The notes under the pieces were generated by a model. That model saw only the letters and a program-made list of their open reading frames with translations, made no database searches and had not been told where the DNA came from. Shown in pieces: positions 42,300 to 55,148 of a stretch of DNA of 64,000 nt (position 1 is the stretch's first letter; each line of letters begins with the position of its first letter). The stretch covers positions 76,322,001-76,386,000 of the forward strand of contig OX597815.1 of NCBI GenBank assembly GCA_951406725.2. The letters are read 5' to 3'. The DNA comes from Octopus vulgaris. Lineage: Eukaryota. Made by a program: the position numbers and the translations under genes.

Positions 42300-43010
42300 G
42301 TATGTATGTCATTATTCAGTTTATTTCAAGATTTCTTGCCGATAGAAAATGAATTGGTTTCTAACCTAGATCCAAGGTCCCTTCATTGAAATTTCAACAT
42401 CAGTAACAGGGTATTTTTGTTTATATGTACGTATGTGCAGATTTGAATTTTTTATGTATGTATTCTCATGCATAGAGTTACACATCTAGACATGCTCATA
42501 TATATTTAAATGATAAACTTGTGGAAGGTTTTACAGATTTTCACAGTTACAGAGATGGATTGGATCCCTAGCCTTTGGATTAGCCTTCTCCTTTCTGGTT
42601 TTAAGAAATCTAATTTTTCAAGATTTGTATTTAGGCAGTGTGTTACATATCCCAGGGCCCCGATAATTACAGGTATAAACCTGAACTTGTTATCTGGATA
42701 AAGCAACTGTAGATTTCTCAATAGTTCAGCATAGGTGTTCTCTTTTTCACTGATCTACAGCTTTATGTTAACATCCGCTGGGCAGCTAATTTCCACAACT
42801 GTGCAGTTTCTCTTCTCTATTCCAAATCATTATATCAGGTCTGTTGTGCTTACATTTTATTGAGGTCTTCACTGGTACATTCCACCAGTATTCCTTTTCA
42901 TTATGAGTGGTTGTGGCTTCTACCATATTGTGGGTGTTTATTTCTTTGTTCTCGGAATTATCCTTCCAATGGATTTCATTATAGAGTGTCCTAGCTACAA
43001 TGTCATGTCT
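42300..43010 (-). pseudogene. 3' end of RLE-type (R4/Dong-like) non-LTR retrotransposon
   Basis: RHDIVARTLYNEIH, WWNVPVKT, HNRPDIMIW, FIPVIIGALG; 3' UTR runs into CATA/CA microsatellite. Confidence 0.8.
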
Positions 43011-46000
43011 TTACTAGCACGTATTTTTTATTTACTAGTAACAGTTTATCGAATACTGACTTCACCTTTCTGGCAAACATTAATTCTGCTGGTGAACTTC
43101 CTTCTAACGCATTTGGGTTTGGAATTACCCTGTATACCCTTAAGAATTGTTGAATCGTGACCTTGTCCGTGGCTTCCTTATTAGTTTTCTTTAAAGCTCT
43201 CTTAAAAGTGTTCATGAATCGCTCGGCCCTTCCATTCGATCTAGGGTGATATGCTGTTATAGTTTTATGTTCTAATGAGAACATCTCACAGAATCTTTTA
43301 AACTCACAGGATACAAACTGAGTTCCATTATCAGAGACAATTATATTTAATTTTTTTTCTTCCAAAGTTACTGGTAGTTCATGTACGATATTCCATATCA
43401 CTTTATTTGTTTCTGCTTCTGCTCTTAACACTGCTATTACAGTGTCCTCCAGCAGTTTGTTATTTCTTGGAATTAGCCTAGACTGACCATTGGCATGTTC
43501 CAACTTTTTTGAAGGCAGATATTAAATTCTATAATCGTAGTTTAATAGTATGGTACTCCACTGCTGCAGTCTGTTTGCTGTATGTGTCTGGATTCCTTTC
43601 TTGGGTCAGTATATTGTTATTAGAGATCTATGGTCTATTTTCAACCAAAAACATCTTGAAATATTTTCACATCAAATATAATAGCCAACGCCTCTTTTTC
43701 AATCAGGCTACAGCTCTTTTCTGTCTAGAATAATGTCCTTGATGTGTGAGCTATAGCCTTTCCTCTGCCCATGTAATCCTTGTGTAGAAGCACAGCTCCT
43801 ATCCCTTACTTGCTAGCATCTGTAGCTAGTATTATCTCTAACTTTGGGTCGAAAAGCATAAAATACAAGTCTGAAGTTAACACATCTTTTAACTCTTTAA
43901 ATGATTTCTGGTATTTCTTTGTCCAAATCCATTTGGACTTTTTTACAAATTATTTATTAAGTGGTTCCCTTACCTTATGTATATTTAGTATATACACTTG
44001 GTAATAGTTTACCAAGCCTAGGAATGCTTGTAACATTGTCATGTTCATCAAGGGCAGCATATTTCGTATTGCCATCATTCCTGATGGGTCCAGTTTGCAT
44101 CCACTTTCATTGATTACTTGATTTAGGTATTTTATTTTTTTCATAAAAAATTCACATTTTACTTCTGTCAGTTTAAGTCCGTATTCACTTATTCTCTTGA
44201 ATACTTCCTTTATATGTTCGACATGTTGCACCCGAGACTCCCTTTTTATCAGAATGTTATCTAGGTATGTGATGGCAAAGTTGCTATCATTTAACATTGC
44301 AGCCATTATTTGTTGGAATATGATGTGTGCCACTTTTACCCCAAACAACAGTTCTTTGAACTTATACAATCCACAGTGTGTATTGATTGCTAGCAGATGT
44401 GTGTAATCTTCCTCTAACTGAATTTGAAGGTACGCCTCTGAGAGGTCTAATTTCAAAAAACTTATTTCCCTCCAGTTTAGTTTAGCAAAAATTTCTTCTG
44501 GGTTTGGAAGTGGCTACTTGTGTGTGAGTAAACAGCCATTTAACCCAGTTGAGAAGTCTGCACACACTCTTAGCATATTATTATTTTTTTAATGTACATT
44601 GCCAGTGCTGCCCAGTCTGCATGGTCATTCTATTCAATTATATTCAGGCTTTCCAACCTTTCTAGTTCTTTATTGACCTGGTCTAGTGCCACAAATGGCA
44701 AGTTCTGTTTGGGCCTGAAAACAGGTGTTGAATTTTCTTTGATAGCAATTCTTGCTTTTGTTTTTGTGCAACAGCCTAAACCTTCTAAAAAAAACTTTTG
44801 GGAAAGTTTTGTTCATTTTTTGTTTCAGTTTCTTGACCTTGTTTGATCGTTTGACTGCTCTGTTTGCATTATTGCACAAAGCGCTGATGGGTGTGTCCTA
44901 TAAATTAAATTTGTCCATACGTTCAGTGCCAAATAAATTTATGGATTTTTTCAACACATAAACATTCATTCTTTTGGTTCAACCTTTGAACATTATATTA
45001 CAAGTGCATTCACCCATGGAATATAATTTTCTTCCTGTAACACAGTACACTATTTTGTTTTAACTACATAATTTTGGTTTACCCATTTGTTCCCAGGTTT
45101 TCTCATTCATGATTGTGATATCACTTCTTGTGTCTACCTGCATTCTGACACATTCACAGACTTTCTGTTTGTTGTATTTACAACTTTTCCTGCTGACAAG
45201 CTGTTTAATTTTTCTTGTTTGTTTCATTTTCCTATCATTCTAGTTTTGCAGTGCAATTTTATGTCCTGTAAACCTGCAGTGAAAACACTTTGCTTTTTTA
45301 TATGGACAATCTTTTTTCTGGTGAGTCCCACCACATGCCGTACATGGGCCTACATACTGATATTTTTTTTTGTTTTTCCTCCAACACTTTTTTGTCTTCT
45401 GACTTTTTTTGCACTGGTCTTTTGTGGAAACACTCTTTCCATTGAATTTCTTCCATGTCATGCCTTAATTTTAATATCCTGTCACACTCTTCTGATAGTT
45501 TCTGCAATGTCAAAGCCTAGTTCATTTCCAGTTTTGATAGAATATTCGTTTGGATTTCTGCCTCCCTTATATCTGTCAATCCTTGTGCAAAAATCAAACG
45601 TTTGAAAGAATCTGGAGTAAGCATATCTAGCCTAAATCTCTCATATTCTTTGTTGACTCTGCCTGTGTAAGTAGTGAAGTCTTCATCTTCACTCTTTTCT
45701 ATGTTTAAACATTTTTATCTAATATTAAAGTGAGCTCTTTTCCACTAAACATTTAGCACAAACTATCAACTGTGTCAGTGAAATTTATGTCAGGCTCTTT
45801 TTTAGCAATATGAAGTTACTATACTTCTCATCTTATGCTGTCACTAGTTTTCTTAATACTAGACGCATTTTCCTATTGTCCATCCAATACAGACATTCTT
45901 TTTCAAAAATTTATTAAAATCTTCGAAAGTAAGCATCGAAGGTTACCCCTTCCTTGGGGTCATATTTGAATTTGCTTATGGAATTTGCTACATGGTCAGG

Positions 46001-46590
46001 TGAAAATGTATTCTCCAGTTTGGTTATCAACCTCAGTAATTGTAACATTTACTGCTGCAATCCTTGTTGTTCCTTGAGTTGTTGTTGTTGCTGTTTTTGC
46101 AACTCAACTATCCCAGCTAATAAGTCTTCCATATTTTATAATTTTTGTAAGTTTGCACAAGATTTTTGTTTCTTTTTTGTTGAGGTATTTAATTTTCCAC
46201 ATGAATTAGTTTAAAATCTCCATGTGAATGCTTTTTTTTCACTACACGTAAATTTGTTTTTCCTTGTTGCCACTGTTGTAAAGTGTCTTTTACCACTGTT
46301 GTATCAGTCTTTTGATGATGGTTGTCGCTCTGACAGATATTGTTATATTCCAAAGTTGTTGATAGAATGTTTCTATCGAGCACCAGTCGTACAGTGTTAT
46401 TATCATCAAAAGGTTGGATCATTATAACGTCCAACTCAGTATCACAGTATAATTACTATATCAACACAGACATGACTAGCCAGCCAGTCTACATCTACTC
46501 TCAACCTTCTACTATTGACTGGACTATTTGTAATGGCTGTCTACTACCACGTTTTACCAGGGGGGGGGTGTACAGTTTTACTATACAACA
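43011..46590 (-). mobile_element. Decayed Ty3/Gypsy LTR retrotransposon (gag-PR-RT-RH-IN), 3' end missing
   Basis: Gag knuckles CTACGGTHQKKDC and CFHCRFTGH; protease MQVDTRSDITI; RT LDLSEAYLQI and YLDNILI; RNase H LATDAS; integrase VSDNGTQF...YHPRSNGRAERF. Confidence 0.92.
46274..46590 (-). repeat. 5' LTR of the Gypsy element, followed by a PBS
   Basis: TGTTGTA...TACAACA termini; next is g-TGGCAACAAGG (46262-46272), a decayed TGGCGACGAGG-type PBS. Confidence 0.75.
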
Positions 46591-46899
46591 TTAACTATAT
46601 ATTAGGAAAATGCAATGTTATAATGTCAACGCAAGAATGTGCATATTTGTGATGAATCATTAGTACATGATCCATTTTGATTAATTAGAGGGACAATCTG
46701 GTTATGTGTAGCTGATTTTTGCTTAGCAAAGTGGAAGAACTTAGATATAGATTTTATATTTTACACTGCTTGTTGTTCTCTTAAAGAAGCTTCTTTTTTG
46801 CATGAGACAGTTTTAGATCCAGTTCAATGCTCCCCCCCCCACATCTCATCTGTTGAGAGAATTTGATTCTTTAGTTGATTTGTTGGTTTGATTCTATTA

Positions 46900-47520
46900 C
46901 ACATTAGTATCTATCTATATAGTGGAATCAAGTGCTTGCAGAAATAGGTGGTTTATATGGGGCTTTCAACAAATCCTGGTAAACTCTTTGTACAGAAATT
47001 TCATTCCCTCGTAAGCATTGGAGTTGCCAATATGATGAGACCAGTTTGTTTTGAGGATTTTCATTTCAATTTCCTTCCACTTTGCCTTCTTGAAACTCAT
47101 GTGGAGTGAGTCATGCTTGATGTTATTTGTGTGTGTTGTCTCTTTGATAATTGTATAATGTTGTGGTTGGAAATGGCTGTTGGAATGACCTAAACATTGT
47201 GAATGAAGTCTATATTGATAGTAAAAACTATGTCGAGTATGTTATTTTCCCTAGTTGGATGGGTAATGATTTGTTGCATGAGGAAGTTTTTAGCGGTATC
47301 AAAAAGAGCATTCATATCTCTTCTGTTAAGTTGTTTAATTTCAAGTTGGATATAGTGTTCCGGCCAGCTAAGACTAGGAAAATTAAAGTCCCCTGTTAAA
47401 AGTACATTGGCTTGTGGGCTGGGCTCATCTGGAGTTTGACTTATTGGCAACAAAGCATCTTTGAAGTGATCTCCATGGTTAGCTGCATCAGGAAGACAGT
47501 AGGTAATGCTTGAGTTGCTT
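46900..47520 (-). pseudogene. LINE APE endonuclease fragment (CR1/L2/Jockey-like)
   Basis: LLTGDFNFPSLSW, QIITHPTRENNILDIVFT. Confidence 0.75.
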
Positions 47521-47669
47521 GAGGGTGATTCTGTCTCTTAAACCTATCTTTATATATGTATATAATACAGTGAATAATTCATTTTAGTACCACTAAATTG
47601 AACTTCTCTCCCCTGTGAACTTGGAAATAACTTCCCTAAATATTAATAATATTAATATTAATATTATAT

Positions 47670-47726
<57 letters not shown>

Positions 47727-47806
47727 TCCGGGTTGAGTCGGGGGTTAACCACAGTAAATAAGGTACTCAATACATTGCAGAGTAAATTAATTTATTTTAT
47801 AGAAGG

Positions 47807-47857
47807 AGCTTCTACAGGACTAGAACTGTTTCATTCAAATGAAATCATCAGGAAGCT
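47807..47857 (-). ncRNA. Type I hammerhead ribozyme, mirror copy
   Basis: Identical sequence on the minus strand because of the palindrome. Confidence 0.75.
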
Positions 47858-47904
47858 TCCTGATGATTTCATTTGAATGAAACAGTTCTAGTCCTGTAGA
47901 AGCT
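47854..47904 (+). ncRNA. Type I hammerhead ribozyme
   Basis: agcttc-CTGATGA-t.ttc(attt)gaa.t-GAAA-cag(ttctagtc)ctg-TA^gaagct; 6-bp stem I, intact core, GUA cleavage triplet after 47898; stem II closes on a U.U mismatch. Confidence 0.75.
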
Positions 47905-48071
47905 CCTTCTATAAAATAAATATATATATATATATATATAAAGGGAAAGTTTACGAAAATAAACAAAAGACGAAGGCAGGTGGAGTACAAACAAACAAAT
48001 GTATTAGTATAGCGCTCAGGAATAGAAATATATATATATATATGTTGTTTTACATATGTATACATACACAT

Positions 48072-48469
48072 ACACATACATATACATATGAATTTATCCG
48101 TAAAAATATTGTTTTATACACTCACCTCACATGCATAAACCACACTGCAAATAGTTTCACATACATGAAAACCCAAGTACATTCTTCAGGCATGGACTAT
48201 TCTTCTGAACTAAGCAGTTTAAATAATGGACCGAATGTAAAACGGCACAAAAAAACCCCCCTAGCAACCAAATGGTTGTTCAGGTTATTTTCGTGGTGTT
48301 TTACATTCAGTCCATTATTTAAACTGCTTAGCTCGGAAGAATAGTCCATGCCTGAAGAATGTACTTGGGTTTCCATGTATGTGAAACTATTTGTAGTGTG
48401 GTTTATGCATGTGAGGTGAGCGTATAAAACAATATTTTTACGGATAAATTCATATGTATATGTATGTGT
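48072..48469. repeat. Inverted repeat, arms about 185 bp, with hammerhead-like cores
   Basis: Arms differ at scattered positions; central hairpin caacca-aa-tggttg; CTGAAGA (48352)...GAAA (48383). Confidence 0.88.
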
Positions 48470-48767
48470 GTGCGTGTTTGTGTGTGTGTATATATATATA
48501 TAAACATGCACATATATAAGTTTACGTGTGTGTGTTGATTTATTGTAACTCCACTCAGCTGAAGGATTTTAGACTTGCAAGCAACTTCACAAGTGCTGAT
48601 GCTATGAAAAAGAGCATTAAAAAAATACCATAAAGTGGTTGGCATTAAGAAGGACATCCAGTCATAGAAACCATGCCAAAGCAGACTTTGGGGCTTGATT
48701 CAATCCTCAGACTTCAATCTACCAGATCCTGTCAAACTATTCAGCCTATGTCAGCATGAGATGTTAA

Positions 48768-48801
<34 letters not shown>

Positions 48802-49166
48802 CGATAATGATGACAACGATGATGACAATGATGACAATGACGATGATGACAACACTGTTGCTGCTGCCACTGCCTCTGCTGTTGCCACTGCTTCTGCTGT
48901 TACTGCTGCCACTGATGACAATGACAATGAGCTATGTATGTGTGTATAACGGTGATGGTTGGTGGATGGTACTTCTGTCTAGCCTTTTCTGTCTTAATGG
49001 TAGAGCTAGAAGGAAGTGGCAGCAACCATGACACTTGCAAGCTCTCTCAGACTGCTGAGATTGATTAATGTTATGTTTGCAAGTCAACACCTGCAGGAAA
49101 GACATGAGCAGGGAGATTCCAGTGGGTCAGTCTCTCTCTCAAGTTCTCTCTCTCACTCCCTCAGTA

Positions 49167-49311
<145 letters not shown>

Positions 49312-50761
49312 GTTTGTGTTTGTGTGTGCATAAGTATGTGTGCTTAGGCATATCTGTATGCTGCTACGAGTGTAATTTATAATATGTTTTTTTTTTACTG
49401 GCCAACTGCCTAGTGGCAAAGTTACAAGCAGAAATAACATGAAGGATAACAGGAAAATAGAGAAAGAGGTGAGTTGTAAGAGAAAAGAATAACAAATTGG
49501 ATAATTAAGATTGTAATGTTGAAATTTTACAGTTTTCTTTAATGATGAATCAGTCTTTAAATTTATAACAGATTTACAAATGTTTATCTGTTATAAATGC
49601 TGCTCATTTGATGTTGCTATATTATAGTGTTATATATACATATGTGTGTGTGTAGATACATATATGCACACGTATGTATGTACAATATGAAACAAAGTTA
49701 GAAGATTCTTTATCAAGGAGTAATGTAGTTATAATACTCAAGAAAGATACACTATTTTAGAATGTATAACTGAGACCAGAAAACTGAAAGCATTGGCTAA
49801 ACATTCCAGTGAAATTAAAAGCTTACACTGTTAGGCACAGGCAATGGTTGTGGGGTTAAGATATTTACTTCTCAACCATGTGGTTTTGAGTTCAGTTCTG
49901 CTGTGTAGCACCTTGGGCACGTGTTTTTTACTATAGCTCTGAGTGGATTTGGCAAATGCAAACTGAAAGAAGCCTATTGCATATCTATATCTTGATGTGT
50001 CTTGACATGTTGCATGACTTTTGCAAACAAAAGGCTCATCCTGTTGGCATTGTTTGTTTCCAGTTCTCTGAATAATCATGTCTCAGCTGTTTGTTGCTCA
50101 ACAGAATGAAAAATAAAGATTATTACCTTGCTTGGAAGCAGGTTGAGGTTGGTGTTATGAAAGGCATCCAGCCATAGAAAACTTTGCTCCAACTAACTCA
50201 CATCTATTTTTCCATGCTTGCATGGAAAAGTAGATATTAAAATGCTAATGGTGATGTTGGTGATGATAATGATGATGATGATAATGATGATGATGATGAT
50301 GACAACGGTGGCGGTCATGGTAGCAATGATGATGATGATGCCGATGATGATGCTGACAACGCCGATGATGATATAGCTTGGTTGGTCATGTGCTTTCAGA
50401 TATAGTTTCCATTGAAATATGTGCATTGTATTATATTTATTTAATTTCATCAAATATAGACTATTAAAGCTCAATAGACATACATATATTTAATCTTTAA
50501 ACAAATAAAGTTATCTTCAATGAACCTGCCATTTTATCTGTTCATATTACAACTGTGTATTCTTTCATAACACAATGTTCTTACTCTATATTGTTTATAA
50601 CAGATAAAACATTGATAGATGAAATAGCATGGAAAGCTTTCATTGCATCAAATGGTGACTACATGATGTTTTTTTGTTAATATGATATAGCAAAACTCAG
50701 TTCTTCTCATGGAAGAACTGGGAGACTGAAAGTGATTACAGTTTCTGATCACTTCATTTAG

Positions 50762-50870
50762 ATGACACCATGGAAAGATAGGTTGATATCTATAGTTGAT
50801 ATTCAACGACAAAGGAATGTGAAAAGGGTCACTTCAGACTATACAAATACCTTCAAGAACTTTATAGCTG
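50762..50870 (+). CDS. Candidate coding exon (MTPWKDRLISIVDIQRQRNVKRVTSDYTNTFKNFIA-G), possibly a mitochondrial carrier N-terminus
   Basis: ttag|ATG, only one open frame over 109 nt, consensus donor G|GTAAGT; KNFIAG resembles SLC25 helix-1 starts. Confidence 0.35.
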
Positions 50871-51289
50871 GTAAGTAATGCCAATAGGAGAATGGCTGTA
50901 AAGATACCATCCCCAGGAAAAGAATCAAAGTTAAGATGTTGAATTGGATTCAAAATTATCATTTTTGTTGTTTAATCCCAGGTCAGCTCTGATCCAACAG
51001 ACTGAACCATGATTGAAGGTATTCAATTCATGATCATTCTATTTTTTAATTTTTATTTTTCAAGCAGTCTATCTTGGATTACATTATCCAATGTGCTTTT
51101 TTTTAAAACTAAAAATAGTAGGGCGTGACATGAGGGAGATTTGGGAGTTAAGAAAAGACTATTGTATTTAGAATGTGGAATGGTCATGGCTAGAACACTT
51201 TTAAAAGATGAGATGGTCTTGGAATGCTTTTAAAAGATATAATGATCACAGTTCAAATGTTTTCATGAAGACTATTTTCAATTTTTTGA

Positions 51290-51440
51290 ACATCTGGAGC
51301 CTAGATATAAATTATCAAAGTCATCAGTATCATGTATGAAAATCCATCAGGTATTGACCTAAAGAATTTCTAATAACAGTGGGAGTCCTTCAAGGGAACA
51401 CCATGGTGCCTTTTCTCTTTATAACTGTGGGGGGTCTGTG
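51290..51440 (+). pseudogene. LINE RT fragment
   Basis: IIKVISIMYEN and ITVGVLQGNTMVPFLFI resemble the GVLQGDTLAPFLF motif. Confidence 0.5.
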
Positions 51441-51749
51441 TTCTTAGGAAAAGGCTTAACTCCATCCAAGACAAAGACCTTGCTATCAAATACTACTTGA
51501 CAGATAACACAGAATTTCTATTGTTTAAGGTAAGCCTTCAGTAAGATATCTTATTTGATGATATAAATACTAAACATATGGCACATTCAATCCTGTTGTC
51601 AAATGAATATAGCAAAACTGGTTGATGATAGAAAATGCTATAAATGCAAAACTTGCCAGATATATATGTATATATATATTTATATATAGTTAAGTCTATG
51701 TCTAGTTATAGAGTGACCAATATTTACACACACACATGCATATTATATA

Positions 51750-52940
51750 CAGGGTCCAGACAGTATTTGAGGACATGTATTTTTAGTCATTATTTTATTT
51801 GACTAACTTTTATTGAACTTCTATTTCAGAAAATAACAATGAAATGAAAAGGCATGCTGTGATTGTGGCTTTGAAGGCTAAGCATGGTGATTTAGAAATT
51901 TCTTGTTTTCTGAAAGTTACAAATTTTTCTGTCAACAAGATTCAGTGCGAGGTATAGAAAGAAGATGGAAGTGTATTACCTGTATCAAACTGTACAAAAC
52001 ATTCCAAACACTCTATTTTTTTCAGGACACCTGAATTTATTCAGGAAGTTAAGCAAAAGATTGAAGACAATCCAGGAAAATCAATGAGGTCAATTGCAAA
52101 AAAATTTCATGTGTCAGAAAAAAACAGTCAGAAATGTTGTGCATGAAGATATCAGATACAAATCTTACATGTAGAGGAGAGGTCAATTCATGCCAGAAAA
52201 AAACAAAAAACAAAAGAAAACCATTTAATCAGATCCAAAAGACTTTTGAAGAAACTTTAAAATCCATCAGAAGATGGTGTGGTTTAGTTTTTCTCAGATG
52301 AGAAAATCTTTGACCAGGACCAGAAAACTAACAGAAGAAATGACAGATGCAGACCCTTCTGAGGTTCCAAGAGTAATGCACATAAAATTTCCTGCAAGTG
52401 TCATGGTTTTTGGTGTTGTCAGCAATGAAGGACATGTGATACCTCCTCACTTTTTTCAAGGCCTTAGGATGAATACTGCTGCATATATTGAGGTTCTGGA
52501 TAAAGTCGTTAAGCCTTGGATCAACAGTGTATGCAATGGAAGGCTCAAATGACACAAGAATGGATGGCCAACAATTTGCATGATAACATCACCCCACAAC
52601 ATTTGGTCTGTTAATTCTCCAGATCTCAATTCACTGGACTACTGTGTATGAAGCATCACTGAGAAAAATGTCAATAAACACCCCCATAGCACCAAAATTT
52701 TTTGAAAGCCACCTTAGTTCGAATCATGTCTAATATGGACAAGGACCACTTAATCCAAGCTTGCAAACGATTTTGACCCCGTGTAGAAGCAGTTATTGAT
52801 GCTTATGATAGTTTCATTGGATGAAATTATTAAATTGATTATTTAGCTTTATGTTTATGTTATTTTTATAAAAATACAGTTATTATATAAGCGTTTTTTT
52901 TAAAACCACAAATCCGTCCTCAGATACCATTCACACCATG
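51750..52940 (+). mobile_element. Mariner/maT-like (DDxD) DNA transposon, decayed
   Basis: TA TSDs; imperfect TIRs sharing gtat(t/c)tgaggac; MKRHAVIVALKAKH, FSDEK, VMVFGVVS, NSPDLNSLDY. Confidence 0.85.
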
Positions 52941-52948
52941 TATTTGTG

Positions 52949-53038
<90 letters not shown>

Positions 53039-53339
53039 TGTTTGTGTATGTATGTATATATAAAATAAGTGGTGTTCAAAAGTAAGTGAAGTAGATGACT
53101 TCATTTTCAATTATAATCTTTCAGATAAATAGGTACTATTTTATCAAATCATGTGATTAATTGAGTTTGAAATAGGCTTCAAGCATCTGTGAAGAAAGCT
53201 TCTCATTACAATTCTCAAGGAAATTGATTTTCATACCCAATGTCAATAGAAACGTTTTAGCCATATATATTGGCGAAACGTTGAGGACAAACAACTGAGA
53301 AACATAGAAAATAATAGAGCACTGTCTCCATCTGTATGC

Positions 53340-54360
53340 TGTACTAGAAGTAGTTGATAGCTTCTGATACCTAGTTAACCAAGTCTGTAGTGGGAGTGGA
53401 TGCTCTGAGAGTGTTGCCACTAGAATAAGAATAGCCTGGGCAAAGTTCAGAAAGCTCCTACCTCTGCTGGTAACGAAGGGCCTCTCACTCAGAGTGAAAG
53501 GTAGACTGTATGATGCATGTGTGCGAACAGTCATGCTACACAGCAGTGAAACATGGGCCAGGACATATGTAAGCTTGAAAGAAATGAAGCTAATATGATC
53601 TGCTGGATGTGTAATATCAGTGTGCATACACGACAGAGTGTAAGCGCCCTGAGAGAAATGTTACACATAAGAAGTATCAGATGTGGTATGCAAGAGAGAC
53701 AACTGCACTGGTATGGTCATGTGCTGCATATGGATGAGGAGAGCTGTGTGAAGAAGTGTCACACCCTAACAGTGGAAGGAACCCATGGAAGAGGGAGACC
53801 CAGGAAGACATAGGATGAAGTGGTGAAGCATGGCCTTCGAACGTTGGACCTCACAGAAACAATGACAAGAGACCGAGATCTTTGGAGATATAGGGTGTGA
53901 TTGAGAAGACCCGGCAAGTAAAGTGAGATCACAGCTGTGGCCGATACCAGTGTCACCCAACCAGCCCATTTAAAAATACCCTTGAATCAACTGGCGATAC
54001 ACTGCATTTGAGAAGACTTATTGAGTAAAGTAAAATCAAAATCGAAATCAAAATGGAAATTGTAGTTGTGGCTGATGCCAGTGCTGCCTGACTGGCACCT
54101 GTGCTGGTGGCACAAAATAAGCACCTTTCAAGTGTGAGTTGATAACAGTGCCCCTCCTCCCCAACTGGCTCTCGTGCTGGTGGCATGTAAAAAGCACCCA
54201 CTCCACTCACAGAGTGGTTGGCATTAGGAAGGGCATCCAGCTGTAGAAACCTTGCCAGACCAGACTGGAGCCCGGTGCAGCCTACTGGCCTGCCAGTCCT
54301 CAGTCAAACCATCCAACCCATTCCAGCATGGAAAACGGATGTTAAACAATGATGATGATA
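53340..54360 (+). pseudogene. 5'-truncated RTE-clade LINE (RT C-terminus plus 3' UTR, GAT tail)
   Basis: RIRIAWAKFRKLLPLL, KGRLYDACVRTVMLHSSETW, LHWYGHVLHM, GRGRPRKT. Confidence 0.88.
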
Positions 54361-55148
54361 TATGTGTGTGTGTGTGAGTGTACATGCACAGTTAAATTAC
54401 AGGGATGCAATCAAACCAACATTGGATGTCAAAGTGGTGGGGTACACCAGTGTAGGATTGTTTACATCCCCATAACTTAACTTGATATGTACTAGACTTA
54501 ATGACTACTTGGACTGGTTCATTCAACTAAACTCTTCAACAATTCAAACAAGTATTGTTCCTTGGGATCGAAATTGGGACTGTGCACTCTCCTGTGTGAG
54601 AAACAAAGTTTAACTTCACTTAGAAAAAACTTCCTGTCCAAAATTTCCTATTTGCACCACGTGTTTATATTTTGTATTTTATCAAGTGAATTACTCTGGA
54701 TTTTTCTTCCTTTGATTTGCAAGCATAATAGCAGCTAGTACTGCAAGCTATGAATTAGAATTCACTGATTTTATTTATTAACAATTCGTTTATTTATTAA
54801 TGATGAGCAGAGATACATGGCGTTGCTTGAGATTAAATTGACATAGTTTGTATATATCATATTACAGTTATGTTGAAATAGGTGATATGGGAAAGTGCAG
54901 CATTGACAACAAAACATTTGTGGAGTTAATGATGGGCTAATTCGATTAAGCAACATGCTATGGATCTGTTTGGAGTATTCCAGGCCCTAACCTGTGATGA
55001 AAAATTGGGAATGGGTGTTATGTGATTTTTGAACAAACCGCAAAGCTGTCAGAGGATATACTCTCCTTTGCGGCTGTCAGCGCTGCGTCTAACACGGTCC
55101 ATTGTCTGAAGTTTTGACACCTCCTTCGGGTTTGTTGTTCTATGTCAC

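Larger units (their letters stand above)
47790..47921. repeat. Perfect 132-bp palindrome (66-bp arms, no spacer)
   Basis: Centre ggaag|cttcc at 47855/47856; arms read as exact reverse complements. Confidence 0.95.
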
